From Calcarisporiella thermophila CBS 279.70 (taxonomy: Eukaryota > Fungi > Calcarisporiellomycota), in the NCBI RefSeq assembly GCF_041956535.1, contig NW_027192200.1, positions 329,477 through 393,476 on the forward strand: DNA of 64,000 bases. The letters are read 5' to 3'. Of the stretch, positions 63,769 through 64,000 are shown piece by piece. Positions within the stretch are counted from its first letter, which is position 1. Each line of letters starts with the position of its first letter. The translations under genes were made by a program, and so were the position numbers. The notes beneath the pieces are model-generated. The model was not told the DNA's origin. It saw only the letters and a program-made list of their open reading frames with translations, and ran no database searches.

Positions 63769-64000
63769 TTAGTTGTTAGCAATGACACCCACTCCGTCGC
63801 CCCCGAAAAACGGCCGGATCCCGGCCCCAATGCCACCGCCGCCCAAGCTAATGGTGGCTTTCCTTGCGATCTTCTTGAATTCCCCCTTGCCAACCTTCAC
63901 CCGAAGCGCAACCTCCACCACCCTATCGGGTGCGAGATGGGCGGCAGGAAGATGGCGTAATGCGGCGATCAACTCATCGGACGTCCGGCATTTGAACAGG
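63769..64000 (-). CDS. 3' end of a gene continuing beyond the window (possibly a TBC/Rab-GAP C-terminus)
   Basis: Frame open from the window edge: LFKCRTSDELIAALRHLPAAHLAPDRVVEVAL...NN*; family is only a guess. Confidence 0.45.
   Translation of the reverse strand, partial: LFKCRTSDELIAALRHLPAAHLAPDRVVEVALRVKVGKGEFKKIARKATISLGGGGIGAGIRPFFGGDGVGVIANN

Overview
Gene-dense, intron-rich (mostly 50-100 nt GT-AG introns) eukaryotic DNA from a fungus. It is most likely an early-diverging (non-Dikarya) lineage, inferred from the intron density and an SRP RNA that keeps a complete Alu domain. About 29 protein genes are recognisable. Most are housekeeping: SCYL1, RTF2, ATG17, a multi-BRCT protein, a RhoGEF, ZNF706, CPR6, FLX1, PFS2, YPI1, an F-box/WD40 protein, RMD1, CLYBL, MUB1/SamB, an ALDH, PSA1, CYC8 and NDUFV2. 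Four things stand out. (1) An intronless, secreted Streptomyces-type CHAPLIN gene (20817-21059) lies between fungal genes in an accessory patch, with two fast-diverging secreted ML-domain paralogues and a perfect 21-bp palindrome. (2) A divergently transcribed PhnZ (HD diiron oxygenase) / PhnY (Fe/2OG dioxygenase) pair shares a promoter with Pho4-type CACGTG/CACGTT boxes, which suggests a phosphate-starvation-regulated oxidative C-P bond cleavage module. (3) An SRP (7SL) RNA gene is preceded by a degenerate tRNA-like leader carrying Pol III A and B boxes. (4) GC content rises sharply at about 46-60 kb, affecting core fungal genes too. All calls come from reading motifs by eye; no database searches were run, and the internal exon boundaries of multi-exon genes are approximate.
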